In this document: one piece after another, positions 52,346 to 64,000 of the stretch
How positions within the stretch are numbered: position 1 is the stretch's first letter
How the letters are laid out: every line of letters begins with the position of its first letter
From: Eledone cirrhosa
Lineage: Eukaryota
Assembly (NCBI GenBank): GCA_964016885.1
Contig: OZ024742.1
Coordinates: forward strand, 39,494,001 to 39,558,000
Direction: 5' to 3'
Length of the DNA stretch: 64,000 bases
Position numbers and translations under genes: made by a program
Notes under the pieces: generated by a model
What the model saw: only the letters and a program-made list of their open reading frames with translations
What the model was told of the DNA's origin: nothing
Databases searched by the model: none

Positions 52346-54245
52346 CACTTAATTCACCATTCTTTTCAAATGGAGAGCTAATTTAAAGAACAACGCATTT
52401 ACATGACAAACACTTCTTGTATGAACGTATTTGAATAGGCAACATGTTTAAATAGCCAGTACACATTTAAATAGCTAATGCAAATGACCAGTGTGATTTG
52501 ATGACTAAGAACATTAAACTGGTCAATACATTTAAGCTGATATTTCTTCTTCTTCTTCTTCTAATTATTATTACTATTCATGGGTGGTTGGTGCAGAGTC
52601 CTCCAGCACACCTTCCAATGGGCCTGTCTGAAGAAACCGCCTCCAATCGCTTGTATTTATGATCGTATTCTTTCAGTCATTACTCAAGATTTATGACCCT
52701 TTGTAAAGATAGGCACGAATACCCAACTAAAGATGGCGAGTTTGGCTTTTACACCCACCTCCCTTCTTCTGATTACCAAATGTTGAAGCTGGTGCATTAC
52801 TGTACCAGCTCCTGCAATTCTTGTATTTAATTCAGCCTCCTGTCTTCCATCACACATGAACGCATCCCGAAATACATGAACTTCTTCACCTACTTCAGTG
52901 GAACTCCACTCCCATGTAAAGTGAACTGCGCAGGTTTCTTTGAGAAGACGAGTGTCTCAATCTTCGCAGATCTGATTTTCAATCCGTTTACCTCGTCTAC
53001 CTCGTCTATAAAATAGCTAGAACATAAGTGCAACTATCATTGCAGTATAATCAAATGGTTAAGTAGTTCGATTCACAATCGTGTCTCAGGTTCGATACAT
53101 TTGTATGGCATGCTGGGCAAATGTCATTCACGATAGGCTCTGATCAACCTATGCCTGGTAGATGAAACTGAATGGACGGAAGCTCTGCACATAAATTTTA
53201 TGCGAAGGCGTTTCTACTGATGGAAAAACTAGAACATTAATCGTTGAAACCGTCTTAAGCAGCATATTTATAAATGAAGAGAGGGGTAAAGAATTTATTT
53301 TTCCTATCAAGAAAACAACTACAGCGCACAAATCGAGGACCTAACCCATTGAGGCGGTAATTGTCTACTCAAGATTTCAGATTTATAAAATATTTGTTGT
53401 CCCATAACCAAAATATACTTTGAAATGTCAATCTTCAACGCGCTTCATAAAATTTCAATTGTACTGTTTATTTATATATTACAACCTAAGAAGCGAGTAT
53501 GAACTTTCCGACTTTGCATTGAAATCGAATTTATCCCTTCGTTTCCTGGAAAAACTGCAACTGCGGATACATTACCGCCCAGCTTTATCAACCACATACA
53601 AACTCCGTACATAGATTTGTTCGAGTCAACAAAATCGTCAGTTTCTTCTTAGAAATAGCGGCCGAATCCTCCTCAAATTAATATAGAAACTATTGTCACC
53701 ACAATGCAAATAACTATAATAATAGTTGATAACTATAAATACTAGTTGAATAAATTGGGTAACAATTATAATAATTGTGGTGACTCCATTTTCAAATTTC
53801 CCAATGTTTCTTAAGATAACCAAAGACTCCAATTTATTAAAAACATTCTTGCAGACAAAGAAGGAAAAAACATCTTGGCGGTAATTGTTGAATGAATAGG
53901 GAGATAATTTCAGGAAATTAAGAATAAATTTACGGTTGAATTTTCACAGATATAAAATTGTTTATGCCTTTTCGGAAACGAGTATGACTATGAGATGTCG
54001 CTGAGACCAAAACATATGTCCAGAGCTGGCCATCCCCCTCTGAAATAAAAGATCAGATAATTCTTTTCACCCAAGCTTGTTTATTCAATCGTGAGTTTGT
54101 ACATAATTTCCCGAAGTTATTTTTGCTTATCCTAATTGTTGCTAACAATTACCGCTTGACTTTTGCTTTTCCTTTCAGCCTGCAAGGAAAATGTATTAAA
54201 TTAATTGTTCATCGTATATGGAAATCTGTGCACCTCCTGTTGACG

Positions 54246-54291
<46 letters not shown>

Positions 54292-54907
54292 GTGTGTGTG
54301 TGTGGAAAGAGAGAAGTAAAGGAAAGGTTACACACACATATATAGATATATATCGTATTTTTAAAGAACCGCGAGCTAATGAATTTTGAATGTATGTTAG
54401 CTCTAAGTTAACTGCTTCAGTGCAGGATTTTTACTATGAAAAACAGTTGAACAAGTTGGGCTTGATAACATCTGTCTTCCCCATTAGGTGGCGGTAGCGG
54501 TCCGGTTCGATATGCTGTATTTGGGATGGTGGGTGGTCAGCGTTCGGTTTGCCAAATTTGGATGATGGATCACGGTTTGTGGTTTAGCAGACGTCAGGAG
54601 TGCGGGTTGGCGTTCGGTTTAGGGTGTTTGATCAGTTTTTGTGGACTGATTGGAGCAATAACGGTCTTATTTACGTATATATATATATATATATATATAT
54701 TGTTATATTTGGGGAGGGTCATATTTGCGTAATATTGCCAGAATTAATAACAGAACACACTCACTGTTTGGTTGGTTTTCGCTTCTCGCTGTCTTTTATA
54801 TATATATATCTGCGATCTAACTTACTCGGTCCTCAATGTTGCCATTGACTGACCGGCGGTCAAAAATAATACAGATACAATATAGACATATATATATAAT
54901 AATAATA

Positions 54908-55190
54908 ATTGTTTCTACGTTAGACACAAGGCCAGCAATTACCTAGTGTATTACTGGTACTTTATTTTATCGACCCCGTAATAATAATAATGATAATAGT
55001 AATTGTTTCTACTTTTGGCACAAGGCCAGCAATTACCCAGTGCATTACAGGTACTTTATTGTATCGATCCCGTAGGGATGAAAGGCAAAGTTAACCTCGG
55101 CGGGATTTCAACTCAGATCGTAAAGGGACGTAACTCTTTGCGTCAAAGCATGGCGTCCGACCCTCTACCGATACTGCCAATCCACCGCCC
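54908..55190 (-). mobile_element. Family A SINEs (3' fragment plus full copy)
   Basis: Same motifs as 2181-2370. Confidence 0.85.
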
Positions 55191-55238
55191 GTTGATAATA
55201 GTAATAAATGGAAAATATATCACTATAACACCATAATT

Positions 55239-55298
55239 TATTTCGTTATATATATTTCAAGGAAACTAATTTATAGTATGTTTTCTTCAGACAAAATA
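55239..55298 (-). ncRNA. Hammerhead ribozyme with damaged stem II
   Basis: Minus: TATTTTGT-CTGAAGA-AAAC..GTTT-CCTT-GAAA-TATAT-ATA-ACGAAATA, AATAAA overlapping. Confidence 0.6.
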
Positions 55299-55572
55299 CA
55301 ATATTTGATGTATAAAATTGTGACATACCCATAAAATAGACCTTATATATATATATATATATATGTATGTATTGTTGCAGAAATAAGCTGCTTATATGTT
55401 TATATATGGTTGTTACGTCATAACTTCTTGAGAATAAGCCGGTCCTAGCAATCCAAAATCACTTCACTCCAGTAGTTTATCCCAGCTAAGAGTTGGTGAT
55501 TAGGAGTGACGGAGTATTCATTTATCAAATAAGAGTAGTTAAAACGGGGTTATATCACCATAATTGTTTATT

Positions 55573-55623
55573 GCATGAAATATATTTCTGTCACATGGCT
55601 ATGCATGTGACTTCCTCAGATGC
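55573..55623 (-). ncRNA. Type I hammerhead ribozyme
   Basis: Minus: GCAT-CTGAGGA-A-GTCACATG catagc CATGTGAC-A-GAAATATATTTC-ATGC then AATAAA. Confidence 0.8.
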
Positions 55624-56167
55624 TTATGCAATCATAGGTGTAGTTATGCAATCATTGTGATATGTCATGAATCTCTTCTCTTATTAAGTTCTAGTAGTAG
55701 ATGTATCAGCCTTCTGATTCGTTGAGTTTGTGGGCTCCGGGTAAAGTTCCTTTACATCTTAGCTTGTGGTCCATTACTTCGTCCGTAGTCTTTAGTTCTC
55801 GCTATCATCATATCTCATTTGCCGTTGTCAGAGCAACCTTAGCACCAGTAAGTCTAACGAAGAGGACAGGAGAGTCACGGGTGTGTCGTTTGCTTTGATG
55901 ATGGCGGTATCACCGCTGTTATTGTCAACGCCAACAACACTGGATGATTTAAAATTTGAAAATGTGGGAATCCCAAACATAAAAATATAAGTTTAACAAC
56001 AGTCGATCGCTATAAATAATACCTGGAAAAATAGGGCAAAATACCCCTAAAGATGAAAAAAAAGTGTCCAGCGCCCATTTTATCCGATTCTTTCAACTAT
56101 TATTTATAGAGATCGACTATTGTTACATTTATTTGCCTTTGGAAGTCACTCATTTTTAAATATATAT

Positions 56168-56242
<75 letters not shown>

Positions 56243-56243
<1 letters not shown>

Positions 56244-56440
56244 CGAAGGAAATGTGGTAAGGAACCAGATGGACCATAACGCACCAAAGTACTCAATACT
56301 TAGGGTAGTAGAGTGGGTAATAGGAACGAGTAGGACCCCGAAGGCTGAGCTCAATCCGTTTCGACGGGTAATTCTGGACGGCTAATTCCAGATTAGCCGT
56401 CGCAACGGATTGAGCTCAGCCGTCGGGGCCCTACTCGTTC
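56243..56440 (-). mobile_element. Family X, copy 3, with fold-back, in (TA)n
   Basis: Homology to 33063; inverted arm GAACGAGTAGG..GCTGAGCTCAATCCGTT. Confidence 0.8.
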
Positions 56441-57140
<700 letters not shown>

Positions 57141-57350
57141 GGTGAAGGCCTGTGGCTGAGTGGTTAGAGAATTGGATTCGCAATCGTGAGGTTGGGAGTT
57201 CGATTCCTGGACCAGGCGATGCGTTATGTCCTTGAGCAAGACACTTTATTTCACGTTGCACCTTTTACCTGGAGTTGCGACCGATAGATAGTATAAGCAA
57301 TTGGATAGACCAACGGAAACATTGTTTCCTCGGTCCGATTTGACGAAAGT
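57141..57350 (+). mobile_element. SINE family B, tRNA-derived head
   Basis: A box TGGCTGAGTGG, B box GAGTTCGATTCC, TGTCCTTGAGCAAGACACTTT. Confidence 0.8.
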
Positions 57351-57644
57351 CGATCGTTAAAAAAAAAATATTTATATATATATGTATGTATGTATATGTA
57401 TATACACACACAAACCCACAGTCATACGTACATACATACATCCCTAATTATCCAAATATGTCCAAAAGATAACAAAGATAAGATTAGATAACACAAGACA
57501 TTCCTTACTTTGAGCCATGCTATTATGTTTCTAACCTTAGCTGAATGTAATTGGAGGAACGGCCGCTTACTTAGAACCACACTCTCTCTCACACACACTC
57601 ACTCACAGACACACACACACACACACACACCTATATATGTAGTA

Positions 57645-58119
57645 AGCCCTAGTGATAATTGTTTCTACATTCGCACAAGGCAAGCAATTTGAAGGGAAGG
57701 GGAATGTCGATTAAATAGACCCCAGTGCATTACCGATAAACTAAAGTACCAGTAACTGGTGTCTATTTAATCAACTTTCCCCACTCCCTTCAAATTGTTG
57801 GTCTTGTGTCAAAGTAGAAACAATTATTACTAGGGCGTTGGATTGGCAGGGTCGTTAGAGCGTCGGGCAAAATGGTGCAATAATAATTGGTTTGTACAAT
57901 AGGCACAGGGCCAGCAATTTGGGGAAGGTGAATGTCGATTATATCGACCCCAGTGCATTACTGGTGCTTTATTTTATCGACCCACGTAAGAATAAAAGGC
58001 AAAGTTAACCTCAGCGGGATTTGAAATCAGAATGTAAAGTGCCGTGATTCTATGTAACGAAGCATTTGGTCCGACGCTCTACCGATTCTGGCAATCAGCT
58101 GCCCTAAATGCTGCAATAA
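57645..58119. mobile_element. Nested family A SINEs: fold-back of two 3' ends (57645-57837), SINE head, inverted SINE 57884-58105 with 14-bp TSD
   Basis: TSD AAATG(G/C)TGCAATAA at 57870-57883 and 58106-58119. Confidence 0.75.
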
Positions 58120-59880
58120 CACCGTGTAACATATATTTTGTTCCCCGGTTCTAAGTGTGATTTCCTGGTTTGTTATATCCTATTATTATAAAAGAAACAC
58201 AATTATTTAATCAGAAGTTTGGGTTTGTGGTCAGGAGTTTGATATTTCGAAATTTTCATATTTTTCAAGAAAAAATACATTCTTTTTAAATTTATCAGTT
58301 CATATAATTAAATCAACAGAGTATATATTTATTTTATTACACAAGCTTATCAAAAGCAAACAAATAACACTTAAAAAGCAACTTATACACATCAGAAATG
58401 AGTGAATTTCCTGGATTTGCGGTTGTAGTCCAGGTCGCATTCCCGCACTAACCCCCAGATATAGTCCCCCCATCATTTTTTATTGTAGTGGCCCTGGTAC
58501 CTCCGCTTTATCTCTTTCACATCTTGGTGGATCGTTCGCCTTTTTCTTCTGAGTAGGCGCCCATATTGTCCTTGAATTTTTCCAGGTGAGCGGCCAGCAT
58601 ATGGAGTTTAAGCGACATCCTGCATCCCATGGCGCCAAAAGCCTTTATCAGATCCTGCACCAGTTGCTGGTAGTTTTCAGCTCTGTAGTTGCCCAGGAAG
58701 CCCTTAACAACTGCCTTGAAACAGTTCCATGCTATTCTCTCAATCCCATTGAGCTTATTGGAGAACTCCGTAGACTCAAACACCTTCTTTATCTGAGGTC
58801 CAACAAAAATTCCACCTTTAATTTTGGCCTCAGATAACTTGGGGAAGAACTCAAGAAGGTACTTAAAAGCGGCTGATTCTTGGTTGAGAGCCTTCACAAA
58901 GCCAACTTAATGTGCAGTGGTGGCATGAGCACAATCCTGGGATCAACCAGTGGCTCCCACATGACGTTCCGGGTCCCAACTACAAATTCTGTTCGCTGCT
59001 CCCAGTTCTTTCTTTTGTAGTGGTCAGAGGTGGCTCTGCTGTCCCAAAGGCAGAGAAAGCATTAGAATTTGATAAAGCCTCCTTGGAGTCCAAGCAGGAA
59101 ATCCACCATCTTGAAGTCTCCAATTATTTCCCAATTGTATTGGTTGTATTGCAGAGCTTCCAAGAGGACTTTCACACTGTAGTAATCTTCCTTCAGGCAG
59201 ACTGAATGAGCTAGGGGCAGTGTCGGGAACTTGTTTCCATTGTGGAGGAGGACAGCCTTCAAACTTGTGGTGGAGCTGTCTATAAATAGCCGCCACTTCT
59301 TGGGCACAGACGGCAACCCAATAACGTCAAACAGTCCAGGCACGTCATGGCAGAAGCAGAGGTCATCCCTAAGAGTGTAAAAGCCTGAAAAAGGTTCGTG
59401 TCGACTTCTCTGACTTGTCACCTGCACTTCCTCCTTGACCAAGTTCCACTGCTTCATTCTGGAGACGAATAGCTCTGGATTGGACTTGGTCAGACCCATA
59501 TCCCTGACCAAGTCATGACTTCTTTTTGGTTTGGGAAGTGAGGAACTTTTTCTGGTACCCAGTATCAATAAATCTCTTTAATCCACTTTTTAACAATTTT
59601 ATACTTTATTGCACTTTTATAATTTTCTTTAGGTATTACTCTTTATTTTATAATTTTAATTTAACCTGAAACATATATAAAAAAATCATTTAACTTAAGC
59701 AAATTAAACTTATATACAACGTAAAATCCAGCATACGAATAATTCTAGTGAATAGCTTAGAATTTTTTCAAACCCCAACTTTTAACTGTTTAATAGCACT
59801 TTTTTAAATTTATTTAGGACAACAAAAAAAAGTGATTACAAGCCAGGAACAGAAAACATTTTTTTTTTTTTTACTCGGTG
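58120..59880 (-). mobile_element. Chapaev(3)-like DNA transposon, internally deleted, copy 2
   Basis: TIR CACCGTGTAA/TTACTCGGTG, perfect TAA TSD, frameshifted transposase ~58384-59568 highly similar to copy 1. Confidence 0.85.
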
Positions 59881-60309
59881 TAATTAATAATATTTCCTTC
59901 TATATACCACAAGGTATCGGATGAAGGAGCCTTTACAGAGAAGTTACAACGTGAGAAGAATGAGAGAAAAAACATTGCAATAACAATAATAATGAGTACG
60001 TTCGGGTACCAGCCCGTCAACCTACCTACCTATACATACCTTTTACCTACAAAATTACAAACAGTTCATTGCTGTTGTAGCAAACAGTTTTGTTGAGCAC
60101 TTCAATTGAATAGCAAGAGACCTATAAGAATATGAAGTGTCACGGTCACAAAAGGAATTTCATCTATTTACGTTGGTAGAACAAAGGTGTGTATGGCGGT
60201 GACGTATCTTATTTATGATTGCACGTGTGGATATATATATATATCCTCACGTGCAGTCAGTCACAAACACGTATACATACACATTTATATATAAACATAT
60301 ATATATATA

Positions 60310-60370
<61 letters not shown>

Positions 60371-60456
60371 AAAAATTGAACAGGAACAAAACAGAGAGGC
60401 AGTACGAACAAAGGTTTATTAGTTTCATGCTCTTGAGAGTGGGGTGGTGGTGGGGA

Positions 60457-60488
60457 ACGACGTTTCGGGCATAAGCCTTTCTTCAGGT
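60457..60488 (-). ncRNA. Minimal hammerhead ribozyme of the PLE pLTR
   Basis: Minus: AC-CTGAAGA-AA-GGC ttat GCC-C-GAAAC-GTC-GT; AATAAA at 60420-60415. Confidence 0.75.
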
Positions 60489-61771
60489 GAAAAGTGTGTG
60501 GGAAGAGAGTTCCAAGGGTGTGTAGGGGAGTGATGGAGAGACATATAGAAAAAAGGGGGTGAGAGGAAACGGTACAAATGAAATAAAATATAAAAGCATA
60601 ATAAAAATAAAAATATACATGAAGTAATACAAGCGGTGGAAGGGTGTGGGGCGTGTAGGGGTGGTGGCGGGTGGAGTGGGGAGAGGGAGGCGGGGTGTCC
60701 GAGCGGGAAGGGCTGAAGGTGGTGTGTGTGTGTGTATGTGAAAGTAATAGTTGGGGGAAGAACGGGGTTGCATGTTCAGGAAAAGGTGTGTGTGGGGTGG
60801 GGTGTAGGTCGGGGGGGGGGCAGATTCCGGAGGCTGAGTGTGTAAATATGTGGTGGTACGCACGTGTGTGTAGTGTTTATACGTGTTGTGCATGTAGGTG
60901 GCGTGTGGGAAAATATTTTTTTTTAGTGTATGTCCGTGGGTGAGTCCCTAAGGTAGTTCCGTAGAGGATGTGGTGGGATGCTGGGTAATTTCCGTGTGAT
61001 GTGGTTGATTCTTAGGAGCGATGTCCAATGTGTGTAATCCGTGGTTGAGTTGGTCGGAAGAGGGGAGATGTGGAGTGCGCGCGCAACAGGAAGTGGTCAG
61101 AGGGTCAAGGCAGGAGGAGGGTTGTGTGTCTGTGTGCGCAGAGGTGGTCAGAGATTCAGGGCATAGCAGCAGTCGGGGAAAATGGTAAGTGAAGAAAGTC
61201 GGTGTGTCAGTGTGTGCGGAGGTGCGGTGGAGGAGGGAGAGGATGGGTAGGTGTGAAAGTTGGAGTGGGGAGGGGGGGTGTATTAGCAGAGGTGTTAGTG
61301 GGATGTGTGTGTGTGTGAGAAAGGGTGTGGGTGGAGCGGAGAGGGGGAGAGAAAGTTGTGGGGGCCGGTGGAGGGTGTTAGTGGGTGTTAGTATACTGGT
61401 GGTGGGGAAAGGGTTGAATGCGGGTGTTAGTGGGGGTCAGTGGTGGTAGGGTGTGTAGAGTGGGGGGTGTAAGTGGGTGTGTGTGTTCGTGTGCGTGGGG
61501 TTGGGGGTGTTAGTGATATTAGTTGCGTGTAGAGTGGGGGGTGTATGTGGGTGTGTGTTCGTGTGCGTGGGTGGGTGGGGGTGGGGGGGTGGGGGGTGGG
61601 GGGTGGGGTTAGTGATGTTAGTTGCGGGGTGAGGGTTAGTGGTGGTAGTAGGGTGTGTGTTTAGTGTGAGCGCGTGTATATATGTACCGGTGGGTGTGTG
61701 GGTGTGATAAGGGGAGGGGGAGAAGAAAGGAGGGATGTTAGTATTGTTAGTTGGGGAAGGGTGGTCGGGTG

Positions 61772-62858
61772 TTAGGTGGGGGTGTTAGTATTGTTAGTTG
61801 TGGGGTGGGCGGTGAAAAGGAGGAGTGTGTTAGTGGTGTTAGTGGGGGATATGTGTGGGGGGAGGGCGAGGGCGGTCGATGGCTCAAGGAATAAAGGTGG
61901 GGAGTTCAGGCCGGGGGTAGTGTGGGTCTGTAGGGTGAAGATGGTTCGTTGTTCGACCCTGAGGAGGGTGGCGGGTGTTCCGTGGCATTGGAGTAGGCCA
62001 CAGACTGTGAGGTGGTGCGCGGAATGTCCAGGGGCGCCAAAGTGGCGGGCGATGGGGAAACTACCACCGAGACGAATATCTCGGAGGTGTTCGGTAAACC
62101 GGTCCGCCAGGCGACGTCCAGTCTGTCCGACGTAGGTTGTCCGACGTAGGTTGTCCGACGTAGGTTGGGGGGTGCAGCGGAAGGCATGCCGGACAGAGAG
62201 AGAGTGGCTGTTGGGACCCTGGAAGGTGGTGGTGTTGGTGATGTAGGGACAGGTGTTGCAACGGGGCCTGGAACAGGGAAGGGAACCGGGGGGGAGCTGT
62301 GGACGAGGAGGGTGCGGAGATTGCGTGCGCGTTTGAAGGAGGGGAGTGGTGGGGCTGGGAAGATATGGGAGGTGGAGGTGTCGGACTGGAGGCGTCGGAA
62401 GAGGCGGAGGATGGTGCGGTGGAGGGGTATGGTGGAGGGGTGGTAGTTGATGGGGAAGGGGAGACGGTGGGTGGGTGTGAGGTGGCGTGGGTGAGGGTGG
62501 TGGAGCGGTGGACATCACGGGCGCGGGCGAGAGCGGTGTGGACGAGAGGGGGTGGGGGGTGTAACCTCTGCGGATGAAATGGCTTACTAGAGAAAGGGCC
62601 TGGGACTCAAAGTCAGCATCTCGGCTACAGAGACGGGGTGGATCCTGAGGAGTTGGGAGTAGGGAATAGAGTGTTTAGTGTGGGTGGGGTGGGAAGAGGT
62701 GAAGTCGAGGTAGGAGTGGGAGTCGGTGGGTTTGAAGAAGGCGGAGGTGACGAGGGAGTGGTGGGAGGGGTCGAAGGCGACGGAGATGTCTAAGAAGTGG
62801 ACGTGGGTGGTGGAGATAGAGGTGGTGAAGTGAAGGGAGGGGTGGAAGGAGCAGAAAT
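61772..62858 (-). pseudogene. PLE RT-thumb plus GIY-YIG endonuclease, frameshifted
   Basis: FHPSLHFT..S...HFLDI, FKPTDSHSYLDFTSSHP.HTK.SIPYSQ.LR; CSRPRCNTC; YVGQTGRRLADRFTEHLRDI..PIARHF...HS..EQ..IF.L.T..PGLN. Confidence 0.9.
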
Positions 62859-62864
62859 ATATAG

Positions 62865-63055
62865 AACAAAGGAATTGTGGTAAGGAACCAGATGGACCAT
62901 AACGCACCAGAGTACTCAATACTTACGGTAGTAGAGTTTGAAATAGGAAAATGTATGACCCCAACGGCAGAGCTCAAGCCGTTTCGAGGGCTATTTCTGG
63001 ACTCAGAAATAGCCGTCGATACGGCTTGAGCTCTGCCGTCGGGGTCATACTTTTT

Positions 63056-63060
<5 letters not shown>
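62865..63060 (-). mobile_element. Family X, copy 4, with long fold-back
   Basis: Homology to 33063; ~55-bp arms 62943-62999/63004-63060. Confidence 0.8.
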
Positions 63061-63097
<37 letters not shown>

Positions 63098-63119
63098 CAT
63101 ATGTGTGCGTCAGTGTGTG

Positions 63120-64000
63120 TGTATGTATGTTAACTGTGTTGTATGTATGTGTGTTTGTATATTAACTGTGTTGTATGTGTGTTTGTATATTAACTGTGTT
63201 GTATGAGTGTGTGTTTCTATATTAACTGTGTTGTATGTATGTGTGTTTGTATATTAACTGTGTTGTATGTATGTGTGTTTGTATATTAACTGTGTTGTAT
63301 GTATATATGTTTGTATATTAACTGTGTTGTATGTATGTATATGTTTGTATATTAACTGTGTTGTATGTATGTGTGTTTGTATATTAACTGTTTTGTATGT
63401 GTGTGTGTTTCTATATTAACTGTGTTGTATGTGTGTGTGTTTGTATATTAACTGTGGTTGTATGTATGTGTGTTTGTATATTAACCGTGTTGTATGTATG
63501 TGTGTTTGTATATTAACTGTGTTGTATGTATGTATATGTTTGTATATTAACTGTGTTGTATGTAAGTGTGTTTCTATATTAACTGTGTTGTATGTATGTG
63601 TGTGTGTATATTAACTGTGTTGTATGTATGTGTGTTTGTATATTAACTGTGTTGTATGTATGTGTGTTTGTATATTAACTGTGTTGTATGTATGTGTGTT
63701 TGTATATTAACTGTGTTGTATGTATGTGTGTTTGTATATTAACTGTGTTGTATGTATGTGTGTTTGTGTATTAACTGTGTTGCATGTATGTGTGTTTGTA
63801 TATTAACTGTGTTGTATGTATGTGTGTTTGTATATTAACTGTGTTGTATGTATGTGTGTTTGTATATTAACTGTGTTGTATGTATGTGTGTTTGTGTATT
63901 AACTGTGTTGCATGTATGTGTGTTTGTATATTAACTGTGTTGTATGTATGTGTGTTTGTATATTAACTGTGTTGTATGTATGTGTGTTTGTATATTAACT
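63120..64000. repeat. 32-bp minisatellite, ~27 copies, runs off the window
   Basis: Unit TATTAACTGTGTTGTATGTATGTGTGTTTGTA. Confidence 0.95.

Larger units (their letters stand above)
60368..62858 (-). mobile_element. Penelope-like element (Naiad/Neptune-type), 5'-truncated, 3' end in (TA)n
   Basis: RT C-terminus, GIY-YIG endonuclease, 1.4-kb C/A-rich 3' region, hammerhead and AATAAA near the 3' end. Confidence 0.9.

Noticed and set aside
57141-57215. tRNA gene
   Set aside because: A and B boxes run directly into a SINE body; it is a SINE head
60490-61770. SECIS or selenoprotein feature of a Naiad-type PLE
   Set aside because: No in-frame UGA at a conserved Cys in the retained endonuclease and no SECIS recognisable by eye

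Overview
AT-rich, microsatellite-saturated eukaryotic DNA, most likely intronic or intergenic sequence of an octopod cephalopod (inferred from the SINE families and repeat landscape, not verified). No host protein-coding gene can be supported, and nearly all long ORFs are translations of simple repeats. Real coding remnants are all transposable elements: two inverted copies of an internally deleted Chapaev-type DNA transposon (3758-5526, 58120-59880), a young 5'-truncated RTE LINE with three C-terminal C2H2 fingers (12932-14647), a 5'-truncated Penelope-like element (PLE; 60368-62858), and Tc1/mariner, hAT, CRE-like, CR1/Jockey-like and other RTE fragments, plus many tRNA-derived SINEs. The most striking signal is a swarm of short non-coding elements inserted in or beside (TA)n tracts. 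They carry about 14 recognisable type I hammerhead ribozyme motifs from roughly a dozen apparently unrelated sequence families. Several have fold-back (palindromic) or partial-tandem (~425-430 bp period) architecture and TA-microhomology junctions. This looks like a (TA)n-targeted PLE/retrozyme-like population. All motifs were found by eye, and boundaries of degenerate repeats are approximate.
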